IMG/VR virus record: IMGVR_UViG_3300022699_000293
Location: 23,131-87,130 of that record
DNA length: 64,000 nucleotides
Source: a virus
Reading direction: 5' to 3' (one strand)
The translations under genes and the position numbers were made by a program. Positions 31,153 to 41,569 of the stretch are shown here, in pieces; the stretch's first letter is position 1; the number at the start of each line of letters is the position of its first letter. Below the pieces are notes generated by a model, which was given only the letters and a program-made list of their open reading frames with translations, made no database searches and was not told the DNA's origin.

Positions 31153-32064
31153 ATGGATTATAACGTTGAAACACCTGAAGCAAGCGCACAGCTTATTAAT
31201 TCTAGTTTCGTACGGAAGCTCGAAGAAGGTCGTGTGAAGGAAGCCGCAGACCAGAGTACAGCTTTTATTCGCGAAAAGCTACGTCAAGAAGCTGCCGTCC
31301 GAGAATTAATGGCTCCGGAAGGTATTTCTGAAGAAGAAATCGACCGGGACGAAGACACGGACCAACCAAAGAAAATTATCGACAAAGAACCGGACTCGTA
31401 CGCTACATTCGTACAGTTCCAAGGTTCTGGTCCGCGCACATGGTTTAAAGGACCCCGTTACGCTATTTATTTTGGTAAGGTAGAATCTCAGCGCTTTACC
31501 AAGAATAAATGGGAATTAATGTCCTATACCAGCGACATTAGGAAGATTCTGTCTGACAATTCTGTAAAGGACATGGCAGACGAGGAAGATTCCAAGTGGA
31601 ATAATCTCGTAACCGACATCATTAACGGGAACCCGCTAGAACAACGTACGGCAGGACCATTTCAAAGTACCACGTTTAAGCGTGCTATGCAGAAAATGAT
31701 CGGTCGTCGGCGTCCTATCGGTAAGATGCTAATGACGAAATATCGTTATTTCGATGCTTTAGATCTTCCCGCTTTGAGCGTTGGTGATGATATTGCTACG
31801 CGTCATTTTGACGAGGGTATCGAAGCTTCTGAAAAGTTATGGGGTCTTCCAGTAGTAACTACTATCAAGGGAGACATCTACGACGAAAGTAAAGCGTGGA
31901 TCTTTTCACCGCAAAAGCCTAATAACTATTTAGGGAACTTTTACCTTCTGCAAGATGCTACATTGTTTATCAAGCAAGAAGCAGATGTCATCATGTTCTG
32001 GAGTTACGAAGCTCCGGGTATTGGAATAGGTAATCGTTTATCGATGCAAGAAATTCAGTTCTAA
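31153..32064 (+). CDS. Probable major capsid protein
   Basis: 303 aa; strong SD aggagg; position after protease, scaffold and decoration genes; HK97-like features (LWGLPVVTT, YEAPGIGIGN). Confidence 0.7.
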   Translation: MDYNVETPEASAQLINSSFVRKLEEGRVKEAADQSTAFIREKLRQEAAVRELMAPEGISEEEIDRDEDTDQPKKIIDKEPDSYATFVQFQGSGPRTWFKGPRYAIYFGKVESQRFTKNKWELMSYTSDIRKILSDNSVKDMADEEDSKWNNLVTDIINGNPLEQRTAGPFQSTTFKRAMQKMIGRRRPIGKMLMTKYRYFDALDLPALSVGDDIATRHFDEGIEASEKLWGLPVVTTIKGDIYDESKAWIFSPQKPNNYLGNFYLLQDATLFIKQEADVIMFWSYEAPGIGIGNRLSMQEIQF

Positions 32065-32103
32065 TAGTGTCTTGTCACAAAAGTCTACTAAGGGAGTTTA
32101 ACT

Positions 32104-32595
32104 GTGAAGTACGTTAAATTGGAGAATTTAACTGATAACCGTCTTTCTTTTTCTGGTTTACGTGACGGTGAAGGTCGACCCTTACGTATCGAACCTCGTC
32201 AAGTTGCGCTAGTTCACCCTCGAGTTCCTGACCACCCTAAAGTAAAAGGATTGCTAGGTACTCTTGTCAAAGTTGTTAAATCTGGAAATGAAGCAAAAGT
32301 TAAAAATAAAGAAACTGCTCCTATTAAAGAAAAGCCAGAACTCAATGATAAAGAAAAGTTACCTGTAAAAGAAAAAACGGTTAAAGAAGAAGACGAAAAA
32401 GAATTGACGGAATATGTTCCAAAAGAACTATATCTAGAAGCTCCTGGAATTACTGAAAAAAACGTTGATTCTGTTTTTGGTAAATTTTCTAATCTAAAAG
32501 AATTAGCGTCAGCCAAAGAAAAAGATTTAGTTGGTTGCGGTGTGCAAAAATCTTTTGCTGGGCGTGTGATTGATTGGGCAAAAGAACAAGCCTAA
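32104..32595 (+). CDS. Protein with C-terminal helix-hairpin-helix DNA-binding domain
   Basis: APGITEKNV..FSNLKELASA..L..CGV..AGRV. Confidence 0.6.
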   Translation: MKYVKLENLTDNRLSFSGLRDGEGRPLRIEPRQVALVHPRVPDHPKVKGLLGTLVKVVKSGNEAKVKNKETAPIKEKPELNDKEKLPVKEKTVKEEDEKELTEYVPKELYLEAPGITEKNVDSVFGKFSNLKELASAKEKDLVGCGVQKSFAGRVIDWAKEQA

Positions 32596-32662
32596 GCATA
32601 TAATTATTTCGTTAAATTCTTTTGTACTTTAATCTCCCTTATAGTTGCCGTATCCTTATAAT

Positions 32663-32938
32663 ATGGCAACGAAAGTAGACCATAATTACCCAACGGTTGA
32701 CGCTCTAACTGTTACAGATTCTGAAACATTAGAACCTGTACAGTACGCAATCATTAGAATTTATCATGCTGACAGCTATCCTACTACCTCAGATTCTTAT
32801 ACTTGGGTAGGAGGTACGATTACAAATGAAAGGGGGCGATGGGCAGATCCTATTTTTTTGGATGATGGTCTTGAGTGGGTAGTCGAAATTACTCGAGAAT
32901 TAACATACGACACGCAAACAGTGAACATTACAACATGA
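32663..32938 (+). CDS. Small beta-sandwich virion protein (paralog 1)
   Basis: VDHNYP..L..D..IRIY..TN..G.W..I.L.DG..WVV. Confidence 0.6.
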   Translation: MATKVDHNYPTVDALTVTDSETLEPVQYAIIRIYHADSYPTTSDSYTWVGGTITNERGRWADPIFLDDGLEWVVEITRELTYDTQTVNITT

Positions 32939-33204
32939 GTGTTACAGTAGACCATAATTACCCACATCGAAATGATCTAAAAATTGTAGATCATGCAGGT
33001 GCTCCTTTAGAAAATGTAGAAATTAGGATTTTTGCTTTAGAGAAATTTTTGGCTTGTGACACAAATGTACCTGTCGCACAAACAACTACTAACCATAAAG
33101 GTGAATGGACGGACAGTATCGAATTACCAGACGGTCGCTCATGGGTTGTACATTTTCAAAAATTAGGTGTAGTTGGTCCTGCACATCGTGAAATTATTAC
33201 TTGA
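32935..33204 (+). CDS. Small beta-sandwich virion protein (paralog 2)
   Basis: Same motif pattern as the upstream gene; ATGA overlap. Confidence 0.6.
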   Translation: MSVTVDHNYPHRNDLKIVDHAGAPLENVEIRIFALEKFLACDTNVPVAQTTTNHKGEWTDSIELPDGRSWVVHFQKLGVVGPAHREIIT

Positions 33205-33213
33205 GGTGCTGTT

Positions 33214-33813
33214 ATGTCTTCTTCGAGTTCCACACCCCCTTCTACTTACAGGCTTGGTAACAATGGAAGTGCTTATAAATGGATTGAACGAGAATTGCAA
33301 CGTCTTGATAAAGGTAAAACAGATAAATCCCATTGCACACCTACAACAAGCGCTATAAATGGAAAATTGAAAGATCTAGGACGAGAAATTCATGATCTAA
33401 AACAAGAACTAGACAAGGACATAACAGGAATACAGGATGTAGCTTCCGAAGCTCGTAAAAAAGCTATCAATCTTGTTTGTCCTAATGAAGCAAGGGTGAA
33501 TGCTATGGAAAAAACCGTAAGTCTTTGGAGCTCATGGTTAATTAGAGGATTGGCAACTATTATTATCTTGTTACTGACTGCTGGTGGAGGTTGGGTTTAT
33601 TCTTATGTACGCTTAGAAGAAACCGCTAAAACTGCCAGTAAAGCTGTAGACTCTTTCAAGGGTACTGTTGAGCATGTGCGCATGGAACAGAAAAAACAGC
33701 AAGAAACTCTTGAACGCATAGAACGTACGAATGATATTGCTTCTAACAATTTAAAAGATGTTTTGAAGCAAGCTCTTGCAGAAGCTCTAGAAAAAGCAGA
33801 TGAAGATTCTTAG
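33214..33813 (+). CDS. Coiled-coil single-TM membrane protein
   Basis: TM segment GLATIIILLLTAGGGWVY flanked by coiled coils. Confidence 0.55.
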   Translation: MSSSSSTPPSTYRLGNNGSAYKWIERELQRLDKGKTDKSHCTPTTSAINGKLKDLGREIHDLKQELDKDITGIQDVASEARKKAINLVCPNEARVNAMEKTVSLWSSWLIRGLATIIILLLTAGGGWVYSYVRLEETAKTASKAVDSFKGTVEHVRMEQKKQQETLERIERTNDIASNNLKDVLKQALAEALEKADEDS

Positions 33814-33856
33814 AAATAGGCTATAATGTAATTAGAAATAATTAGAGGAGGCTCGA

Positions 33857-34660
33857 ATGCCCAAAGTCATACCCACACGTACGCTAGATTCTAATACACT
33901 TGTAGGCCACGCTCTTATAGGAGTGCGCCAACGTGTTGACGGTACTAAACAAATTACGGGGGTATCTCCAACTATAACCGGACCCCCTGCAATACGTCCT
34001 TGGGACGGAGTTATGTTTAATAAAGATTTGTACACTTATGCAGACATACAATCCGAATGTTTAGTCGGGGATTCTGCAAACATTAATGCTCAAGTTATTC
34101 TAAAGGCTCTAGACGAAACTGTAGACGCACAAAAAATGACAGTAACTGTCGCGGAATCCACGGCCGCTTCAGTTACAGTAGTCGGGCGTGTGATTAGAAT
34201 CAATTTTGTTCCTGGAGTCACTACTTATGCTAACATTAACGCTATGCTTGGAGCGCATCCTGATTTACCTCTTAGTTTAGCTTTTATTTTGCCAGGGACA
34301 GGAGCTCCTAATGTGTTTGCGCAAGATAAGCTATATTTCAAACAACCAGCATTAACGCAAGCAGTCCAGGATGACGGGGGGATTTTCAGGTTCGCGGAAA
34401 CAGAACGTTGCTATACCTTACAAGCAATTAGCTTAGTGTGCGGAGCAGGGTCTACTGTAGATGCGTATATCCAAGATGCGGGTGGTGGGCATCCCAGAAA
34501 AATTTTAGCGGGTGTCAGCGGAGTAGCCGACGACCACCAAATAGACTTACCTCTTTTATCTAATGAAGAAGTACTAATCGAAGAAACTGTATCAGGAGGT
34601 CCCGCACCAGGAACCGATAAATATATAACACTTTACCTCGTAAATACTAATTCAAGTTAA
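33857..34660 (+). CDS. Putative virion structural protein
   Basis: Beta-rich 267 aa; SD gaggagg. Confidence 0.5.
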   Translation: MPKVIPTRTLDSNTLVGHALIGVRQRVDGTKQITGVSPTITGPPAIRPWDGVMFNKDLYTYADIQSECLVGDSANINAQVILKALDETVDAQKMTVTVAESTAASVTVVGRVIRINFVPGVTTYANINAMLGAHPDLPLSLAFILPGTGAPNVFAQDKLYFKQPALTQAVQDDGGIFRFAETERCYTLQAISLVCGAGSTVDAYIQDAGGGHPRKILAGVSGVADDHQIDLPLLSNEEVLIEETVSGGPAPGTDKYITLYLVNTNSS

Positions 34661-34662
34661 AA

Positions 34663-35166
34663 ATGGCTACTTCATTAAATCCGAATGCTGCTCCTCTAAC
34701 AATGGACGTGATCCGTATGTTCTTACGGGATCAACCAGAAAAAAATCCTTTGTTGGAAGATGTTGAATGGGAACCAGAAGAGATCAATAACGCAATAGAT
34801 TTAGCTGTATCTAAATACAATGCTATGACCCCTATTACCCGCACTTATCCGGAACAAATGAATGCTTGGTTGTTGTTGAGTGGTGTGTGCTGTATTTTAT
34901 TTCGCTCAGAGGGAGCGCGACAATTAAGAAACCAAGTTCAGGCGCAAGATGGCGGTATCGCTCCTGTTGGTCTGGATGAAAAAGAATCTCTGTATATGCG
35001 TTGGGCTGACTGGTTCTGTCAAGAATTCGAACATTTGGCTCGAGGTATAAAAACTCAAGCTAATATGGAAGGTGGATGGGGAGGTTTGACAAGTGGGGGT
35101 GGTGGTGCATATGGTAAAGTGTCTTCAGGGTATCGTTGGACAGGGCGATGGTATCGTAGGAGTTAA
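34663..35166 (+). CDS. Probable head-tail adaptor
   Basis: IRMFLRD..EEINNAIDLA pattern; synteny after capsid. Confidence 0.5.
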   Translation: MATSLNPNAAPLTMDVIRMFLRDQPEKNPLLEDVEWEPEEINNAIDLAVSKYNAMTPITRTYPEQMNAWLLLSGVCCILFRSEGARQLRNQVQAQDGGIAPVGLDEKESLYMRWADWFCQEFEHLARGIKTQANMEGGWGGLTSGGGGAYGKVSSGYRWTGRWYRRS

Positions 35167-35177
35167 GGAGAATTTTT

Positions 35178-35489
35178 ATGAATCCGAAATTACGTGAAAA
35201 AATAGCACAATTTTTAGAACAACAAGGTGTATTTATTAAAGAGGCGATATCCTCTAGAGCTGTTGGGTCTGCGGGAGAAAGTCTAGGCGGACTTTTAGCA
35301 AAACATAGAGGAAAGATAGGATTAATTGGTGGTTTAGCAGGGGGTGGAGGTACCGCAGCAGGTGTAGCAGCATTAGGTAAAGAAGAATTGCAGAATCAAC
35401 AAGAAGCCGCAGAACTGAACCAATTGTTGGAAGCCTATCCTGAATTGCTATACACAACACCTACAACACCTTATACGCCACCTCAGTAA
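35178..35489 (+). CDS. Small glycine-zipper KxA protein
   Basis: EKIA, IKEA, then GLIGGLAGGGG. Confidence 0.55.
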   Translation: MNPKLREKIAQFLEQQGVFIKEAISSRAVGSAGESLGGLLAKHRGKIGLIGGLAGGGGTAAGVAALGKEELQNQQEAAELNQLLEAYPELLYTTPTTPYTPPQ

Positions 35490-35502
35490 GGATTAATCTT
35501 TT

Positions 35503-36366
35503 ATGGGAACTCCTTATTCCCAGACTTACGGGAAGCAACGTACTCCCGCATTGCCTAAAAACTTTAGTGTAGAAATTACACGCACTGTAGCGGCTTATCC
35601 TAAACAAGTATTTGTTCAGTGGACATTAAGAAAACCTCCTTCAGGTACAGGATTCACGTTTGATATTTACCGCTCAGGATCCTCAGAAGGTCCTTGGGAA
35701 GAGTTAGCTACAGATTTAGTAGATACTTTTTTTTATGTTGATGCTAAGTTTGGAAAAAAACACGATGCAAATCTTTTTTCTATCCAGCGTGTTATCTACT
35801 ATCGCATAGTCTGTCATTATACAGACGTAACTGTAGAAGATATTAGACAACTAGAGCCTGGTTTAGACCGGAGGAGAAAAGGTATACGCCGTAAATTAAT
35901 TCGAGACGCGTCTAAAGCTCTTAAATTAGTGACGGGAACCGAAGTAGCTATTTTAAAAAAACGTCGTTGGGGCGAACGTTGTACCCATTGTGTTTCTAAG
36001 GGAACTTCTCAAAATGTTCGTGCCCATTGTGCTTATTGTTGGGGTACAGGATTTCTCCATGGTTATTGGGATCCTGTATACGGTTACGCGCAACGTCGTA
36101 GAGTTCCTGTACAGACACAAATAGCTCCAGAAGGAAACGTAGAAACGCACAGAATAGAGATCCTAATGCTGAATGTGCCTAAAGTAGAACCTGGAGATTT
36201 GTTGATTTTTCTCAGAGACGACACCAGATATTTGGTAGAAATGTCCAACCCCACACAGTTACACTCTGTAGACGTACACCAAGAAGTACAAGTTTCTGAA
36301 TTATCTAGATCTTCGAGAGAATATGGGCCTCCCGTTGATCCTTGGCATGACCCTGTATGGTTTTGA
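35503..36366 (+). CDS. Probable neck/head-closure protein with FN3-like N-terminus and Zn finger
   Basis: VQW..FDIYRS..GPW; CTHC..CAYCWGTGF..GY. Confidence 0.5.
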   Translation: MGTPYSQTYGKQRTPALPKNFSVEITRTVAAYPKQVFVQWTLRKPPSGTGFTFDIYRSGSSEGPWEELATDLVDTFFYVDAKFGKKHDANLFSIQRVIYYRIVCHYTDVTVEDIRQLEPGLDRRRKGIRRKLIRDASKALKLVTGTEVAILKKRRWGERCTHCVSKGTSQNVRAHCAYCWGTGFLHGYWDPVYGYAQRRRVPVQTQIAPEGNVETHRIEILMLNVPKVEPGDLLIFLRDDTRYLVEMSNPTQLHSVDVHQEVQVSELSRSSREYGPPVDPWHDPVWF

Positions 36367-37100
36367 ACATGGGTGGTATAGTTATAACTCAGCCAGAAAA
36401 TTCTCCTCGTTTACGAGGAGAGCATCAAGACATTGTACCGGGTACTCCCCTGGCTGTTATTGGTGTGTGGTTAGCAGCTCTGCGTTATAGGTTTAACGAC
36501 AATCGTGGAGAACCTCTTCCGTGGGTTTGGGATCCTGATTTACGTCCTGAGGATGATGAAAATGCTCAACCTAGAAATGAAGAAAATGGAGAACCTCGAA
36601 AATTACTGATTGAAGCAGCTTTTCATACAGAAAAAGAAGTTAGAAATTACCGGCCAGCTATTTATGTAGATCGAGGTACTATTACGCCTATGAAGCACCA
36701 CGTAGATAACTTCGTAGGCAAGTACATTCCTACAAATTATAAAGCTTTTCATGCTATGGCGGACATGCCCATTTCGTTTTTGGTGGATTCCGAATCAGCT
36801 GGAGAATGTAGCTTAATTGCAGATACTGCTTGGTTTTTTGTTTTAGCCACGCGAGATATTTTCAGAAAAGACTTTGGTTTTCATGAAATTTCCAATCCCG
36901 TAATGGGGCCTACACAACCCCAACCAGCACAAGATAAAACTGTATGGCAAACTTCCATTGACTTTAATGTACAATTTGATTTGCGTTGGACTACAAAACC
37001 CGTTGCTCCATTCTTGCAAGACATCAGTTTAAAAATTAAAAAATCGTCGGATGCACAGTTACTTTACCACGAGATAGCACTACGCGAATCTCAAGAATGA
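36357..37100 (+). CDS. Probable tail terminator/completion protein
   Basis: RPAIYVDRG motif; immediately before the sheath. Confidence 0.45.
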   Translation: MVLNMGGIVITQPENSPRLRGEHQDIVPGTPLAVIGVWLAALRYRFNDNRGEPLPWVWDPDLRPEDDENAQPRNEENGEPRKLLIEAAFHTEKEVRNYRPAIYVDRGTITPMKHHVDNFVGKYIPTNYKAFHAMADMPISFLVDSESAGECSLIADTAWFFVLATRDIFRKDFGFHEISNPVMGPTQPQPAQDKTVWQTSIDFNVQFDLRWTTKPVAPFLQDISLKIKKSSDAQLLYHEIALRESQE

Positions 37101-37150
37101 CCGTATAATTGTGCGCGTAGACAAGAAGTTTCAGACGTGGAGGATATCCC

Positions 37151-40054
37151 ATGGCTATGCAACGACCTAACGTACTTGTTTTCCAAGAATACGAATCTAT
37201 TACTGTAGCTCCGGACATCCCTGATTTGGATGTCCTCGTTGTGGGTTACGCGTATCAAATTTTAGATTACTTAGATGATAAATCTGATTGTCAAGCAGAA
37301 TCAGACTATGGAACAGAAAAAGGGGATATCCCTGTAGCCGGTGGTGACAACTATACCTCACCTTCTCAAGTTGTTTTATCCGACCCTCCCAATGTAAAGG
37401 CTGGAGGGGTATTAGTAGAGGATAGTGTTTCTATTTATTTTGATAGCGTAGAAGCTGTTATTGCAGAGCATGATGGTGCGGCCAACTCTTACGGACGATA
37501 TCTCACAGGAGATAATCTTTTTTGGGCTAACAGTACAGATGGTTCGTCTCCCCTTCCAGGCGCAACAGGACAACATCTAGGTCAAGCGGGTATCGCACCT
37601 GGTGACTTATTGTTTGTACAACAAAACGCCGGTGGTTCCGCAGATATTCAGAAAACAGTGAGAGAGTTATGTTACACATTTTACGATGGTAGTGTCTCTG
37701 CTCTTCAATTTGTGACTAACGGTGTTTCTCCTGGAGACACTATGACCGTTTGGAATGACGGGGCTGGAACGTCTAGAGACGGGGAATACACAGTAAAACG
37801 TGTGTTAAGTGAAACTGTTTTAGAAGTTGAAGAAACTATCCCAGGTGCGGGGAATCTAGCAGCGGCACCAAACTGTTATATCCGTATTCAAGCTCCTTCA
37901 GGCACAATTCGAGTAGAGAACACAACTCCTGCAGACGGAGCTCTGTACGATTGGTGTAACGCGCGTACAAATTCAGATTTTGGGTCTGATTATGTAGGTC
38001 CTCCTCCGGGAGCATCGTCAGAAAAATGGCGTTTTGAAAGAGAGTTAACGGATGTAGAGTTAGGTGATTCAGATTATTCAATTAGTGATAATACCATCAC
38101 TCTTAATGGAAGTATCACAATCGATGTGAGTCCTTCATTGTTAGGTTGTGCCGTTACGTACTCAAAAATTTATGTCGAGTATCAAGCGTTAAGAACAGAC
38201 TTGCAAGACGTTACAACGTTATCATCGACATCTGAAATGGCCTCTACATTGGGTAAGTTAGATGCTCGTAACCCACTGTATGTCGGGGCTCATGTAGCTA
38301 TGGCCAATACAACTACGCCTATTAAAATTTACGGTCTAGGAAATTTTGCTAGTGAGTTATTGGCTTATCAGGACTTTATTGACCGTATTAGTTCAGAACG
38401 AAACGTGTACGCTATTGTTCCACTCACGTATAGTTCTTCCGTATACGGTGCTTTGAAAGCCATGACGGAAAACTTAGCAGACCCTAATTACGTTTTAGAT
38501 AACGGTGTACGTCAAAAATTCCGGATGATTTTGGGTGCGATTGAGTTAGAAACCAAAAAAGTTGTTGATGACGTTACTGGTGGCGCATCTACCCTTCAAA
38601 AAACAGGGACTAAACCTATTCCTGCAACCAATGATGACTATCTGACAGCTAAACTATCAGGTACTATCTTGCCTGCTCTAGGGGACGCGGGTGCTAAGCT
38701 GGTACCTGGAGATATTTTTGAAGTTAAGTTGTGGGACGGTGCCGCAAACCATACGTATCAATTTACAGTCGCACATTACAACGGATTGAATGTAGGTGTA
38801 GAAAACTTAGAAATCGATTTACGTGCATCGGAACCTGTAGGACAACAAGCATTACCTGTATGGGGTGGTGCTCCAGGAACATGGAATGATTGGTCTGCTC
38901 CGTATGATTTGGACAATACGGGAATTCCTGGAGGTAGCGAACAGCATATCGATATTTTGGATGGTTCGACAGGGCTGACAAAAATAGGCGGGCCAATTGC
39001 CCCGGGAGCTGCGGCTGGTGAAATTATTGTTGAAGCAGACGAGTTAGATGACTACTACTTGATCTTAAAATCTCCAGGTGCGACTTTCATTTCTGACGGT
39101 GTTACTCCGGGAGATTTGCTACAAATGGCCGTTAACTGTGAATCTGATCCTGGAGATTGGGACGATGAAGCAGTGTTGCAAGAATGGACTATTAATACAG
39201 TACTCAGTGAAGAACGTGTAGAAATTGTAAATGAAGGTTCGAATACTTCTACCGTGGCTAACGAATTACCCCATAATTTCAAACGTTCTCTAGTGAGCGG
39301 TGTATTGGAAGAGGTGACTAACGGAGATATTTACTTCCGTATCATGCGAGATATGGATAAGACAGAACAAGTCGACAATATGGTATCGGTCGCATCTAGT
39401 TTCTCGAGTCAAAGATTAGTTCTCGCATATCCGGATTCTGTGGATGTTTCAAACCTAGTTGATGGAAGCAAAGACCGTTACGGTGCAAATACTGCTGCAG
39501 AAGCAGATCCTCAACCAGGTTACTATTTATCTTGTGCTATCGGGGGACAAACTGCTGGACAACCTTCACAGCAAGGTTTTACTAATTTAGGAATTAACGG
39601 AATTTCGAAAATCTACAATTCTCGAAATTATTTTACAGAAAAGCAACTTACTGATTTGTCCAATGGTGGTGTGTACGTGTTTGTGCAAGATACGCCAGCA
39701 GCATTGCCGTACACTATTCACGAAGTGACTACTGATACGACAGCTATAGAGACTGGCGAATACATGAACATCAAGAATTTTGATTTCATTTCTTGGACAT
39801 TTTTAGATACGTTACTGCCATTCTTAGGTATTTGGAACGTTACTCCAGAAACTATCGAGTATATCCGTCAAGCCTTACGTACCGTTCAAGAAAACTTAAA
39901 AGCTCGATACGTAACTAAAATTGGTCCACCTTTAATAGATGCTGTAATCGATACAGTTGAAGAATCAGAGTTAAGTAGTGATCGTATAGAAGCATATGTC
40001 AGCGTGGATTTACCTGCAGTATTGAATACAATAGGTCTACATTTAGTAGCGTAA
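37151..40054 (+). CDS. Tail sheath protein (large, with insertions)
   Basis: N-terminal RPNVLVFQE; C-terminal sheath-like region (PSQQGFTN, QLTDLSNGGVYVFVQ, HEVTT, GIWNVT, V.LP.VLN.I). Confidence 0.75.
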   Translation: MAMQRPNVLVFQEYESITVAPDIPDLDVLVVGYAYQILDYLDDKSDCQAESDYGTEKGDIPVAGGDNYTSPSQVVLSDPPNVKAGGVLVEDSVSIYFDSVEAVIAEHDGAANSYGRYLTGDNLFWANSTDGSSPLPGATGQHLGQAGIAPGDLLFVQQNAGGSADIQKTVRELCYTFYDGSVSALQFVTNGVSPGDTMTVWNDGAGTSRDGEYTVKRVLSETVLEVEETIPGAGNLAAAPNCYIRIQAPSGTIRVENTTPADGALYDWCNARTNSDFGSDYVGPPPGASSEKWRFERELTDVELGDSDYSISDNTITLNGSITIDVSPSLLGCAVTYSKIYVEYQALRTDLQDVTTLSSTSEMASTLGKLDARNPLYVGAHVAMANTTTPIKIYGLGNFASELLAYQDFIDRISSERNVYAIVPLTYSSSVYGALKAMTENLADPNYVLDNGVRQKFRMILGAIELETKKVVDDVTGGASTLQKTGTKPIPATNDDYLTAKLSGTILPALGDAGAKLVPGDIFEVKLWDGAANHTYQFTVAHYNGLNVGVENLEIDLRASEPVGQQALPVWGGAPGTWNDWSAPYDLDNTGIPGGSEQHIDILDGSTGLTKIGGPIAPGAAAGEIIVEADELDDYYLILKSPGATFISDGVTPGDLLQMAVNCESDPGDWDDEAVLQEWTINTVLSEERVEIVNEGSNTSTVANELPHNFKRSLVSGVLEEVTNGDIYFRIMRDMDKTEQVDNMVSVASSFSSQRLVLAYPDSVDVSNLVDGSKDRYGANTAAEADPQPGYYLSCAIGGQTAGQPSQQGFTNLGINGISKIYNSRNYFTEKQLTDLSNGGVYVFVQDTPAALPYTIHEVTTDTTAIETGEYMNIKNFDFISWTFLDTLLPFLGIWNVTPETIEYIRQALRTVQENLKARYVTKIGPPLIDAVIDTVEESELSSDRIEAYVSVDLPAVLNTIGLHLVA

Positions 40055-40773
40055 TGGCAATGTTGGATACCAAAGATTTGATTAAAATAGCACAGCTTTT
40101 AGGAACAACTAGGGCTTTGTTAGATGCCGGTTATTCTGAAAAAAATGTAAAGTTAGCTTTCATGCAAACTGACATTTTTTCTGAATACGTAGCTGAGACT
40201 TTTACAAAAGAAGCTTCTGGAATAAGTTCAGAAGATTTGATGGTTAAAGAAGCTTTATGGGGTGCAGTAGCCAACATAGGATCTAAAATTTTACCCTGGT
40301 TAACCCGCACTGGGAGTAAACTTGTAGGTAGTGCAAAAACTATAGGTAGCGCTACCGGAAAAGCACAAAGACGTTTGATGCAAGGCGGTAAAATACCTCG
40401 ATTAGCTGGAAAAGTAGTTGGGGGAGCCGGGCACATTGCAGGAAAAACTACTAAAGGGTTGGGTAAAAAAACATTTCAAGCTACCCAAGCTTTACGCCAA
40501 GCTGGTCGAGGTATGCAAACAGCTCCTTTTAAAACTTTAGGAAAAGGTATGCTTAATTTCGGAAAAGGTGCTGTTATTGGTGGAGGGAAAGGTATTGGAG
40601 GCACTCTAGGCAAAGGTACGCTTTACGGGGGATTGGCCTATACAGGAGCTTCTATGTTGGGGGGTAGTAGTGGGGGTAGACAAATCCCACAAAATATGAG
40701 AAACTTACCACAGATAAGTCCAACGACTGCGCAACAATATGGAAGTGCAGGTCGTAGCTTTTACGGAGGATAA
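40054..40773 (+). CDS. Basic Gly-rich KxA protein inserted between sheath and tube
   Basis: IKIA, VKLA, TKEA, VKEA followed by a Gly/Lys-rich amphipathic region. Confidence 0.55.
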   Translation: MAMLDTKDLIKIAQLLGTTRALLDAGYSEKNVKLAFMQTDIFSEYVAETFTKEASGISSEDLMVKEALWGAVANIGSKILPWLTRTGSKLVGSAKTIGSATGKAQRRLMQGGKIPRLAGKVVGGAGHIAGKTTKGLGKKTFQATQALRQAGRGMQTAPFKTLGKGMLNFGKGAVIGGGKGIGGTLGKGTLYGGLAYTGASMLGGSSGGRQIPQNMRNLPQISPTTAQQYGSAGRSFYGG

Positions 40774-40774
40774 G

Positions 40775-41548
40775 ATGCCAGGGCAAGTACCATTAGGGAT
40801 AACTAAAGGAATCGGTAACTGGTTTTCACAACAACATTCAGTAGAACGTGTCATGGATAATGCTGCATATACTTCAGCACATCCCGACGATACGTTAGTA
40901 CTTGCCGGGCCTCCACGTAAATTGAGTGTGCAAGAACAAGATACAGCAGGATGGCAAAGTTTATTAGCTGTTGGAATGATGCAAACATTTCAAATAACGT
41001 CTCAAAAACCAACACAACCTATGATGGCCTTGGGTTCTGGGCGTACTTTTTTCGTTAGTGGAAAAACTCAAAATACGTGGAGAATTGGGCGTTTGTTTGC
41101 AAACGGGAGGAATTTACTACGTGCGCTCTACCACAATGCTGTAGCCGGGGGTGTTGAAACTCAAAAATTTGACGATCCTGCTGCGGAAAATCGTTTGGAT
41201 AATATGTTTGCTAACTTGGATTCCGAGCTTTACTACGTACCCTTCGGTCTTGGTGCTATTTTTAAAGATAAAATACAAGATTTAATTGGAGGGTTTTACG
41301 CAGAACTTTGTATGATCAATAGTTATACTGTAGGATTTACAGCAGGACAAAATATGGTCATGGAAGACGTGGGAGGTATGTGTGATAGGATATTACCTTT
41401 CCGACCTACGTCAGTCGCACAAATGGCCAACGTACCTCGTTCAACCATTGACCAAGTAATCGGATTTGCGCATAGCGATCCTAGCGAATTAACTCAAAAC
41501 ACAGGCATAACAGACGATGATTTAAATAAAACTGATGAATATCCATGA
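40775..41548 (+). CDS. Probable tail tube protein
   Basis: Follows the sheath; VGMMQTFQITSQK..MALGS.R..FVSG, YAELCMINSY..G..E; SD ggagg. Confidence 0.6.
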   Translation: MPGQVPLGITKGIGNWFSQQHSVERVMDNAAYTSAHPDDTLVLAGPPRKLSVQEQDTAGWQSLLAVGMMQTFQITSQKPTQPMMALGSGRTFFVSGKTQNTWRIGRLFANGRNLLRALYHNAVAGGVETQKFDDPAAENRLDNMFANLDSELYYVPFGLGAIFKDKIQDLIGGFYAELCMINSYTVGFTAGQNMVMEDVGGMCDRILPFRPTSVAQMANVPRSTIDQVIGFAHSDPSELTQNTGITDDDLNKTDEYP

Positions 41549-41569
41549 TTTTCCTGATATAAAACAATA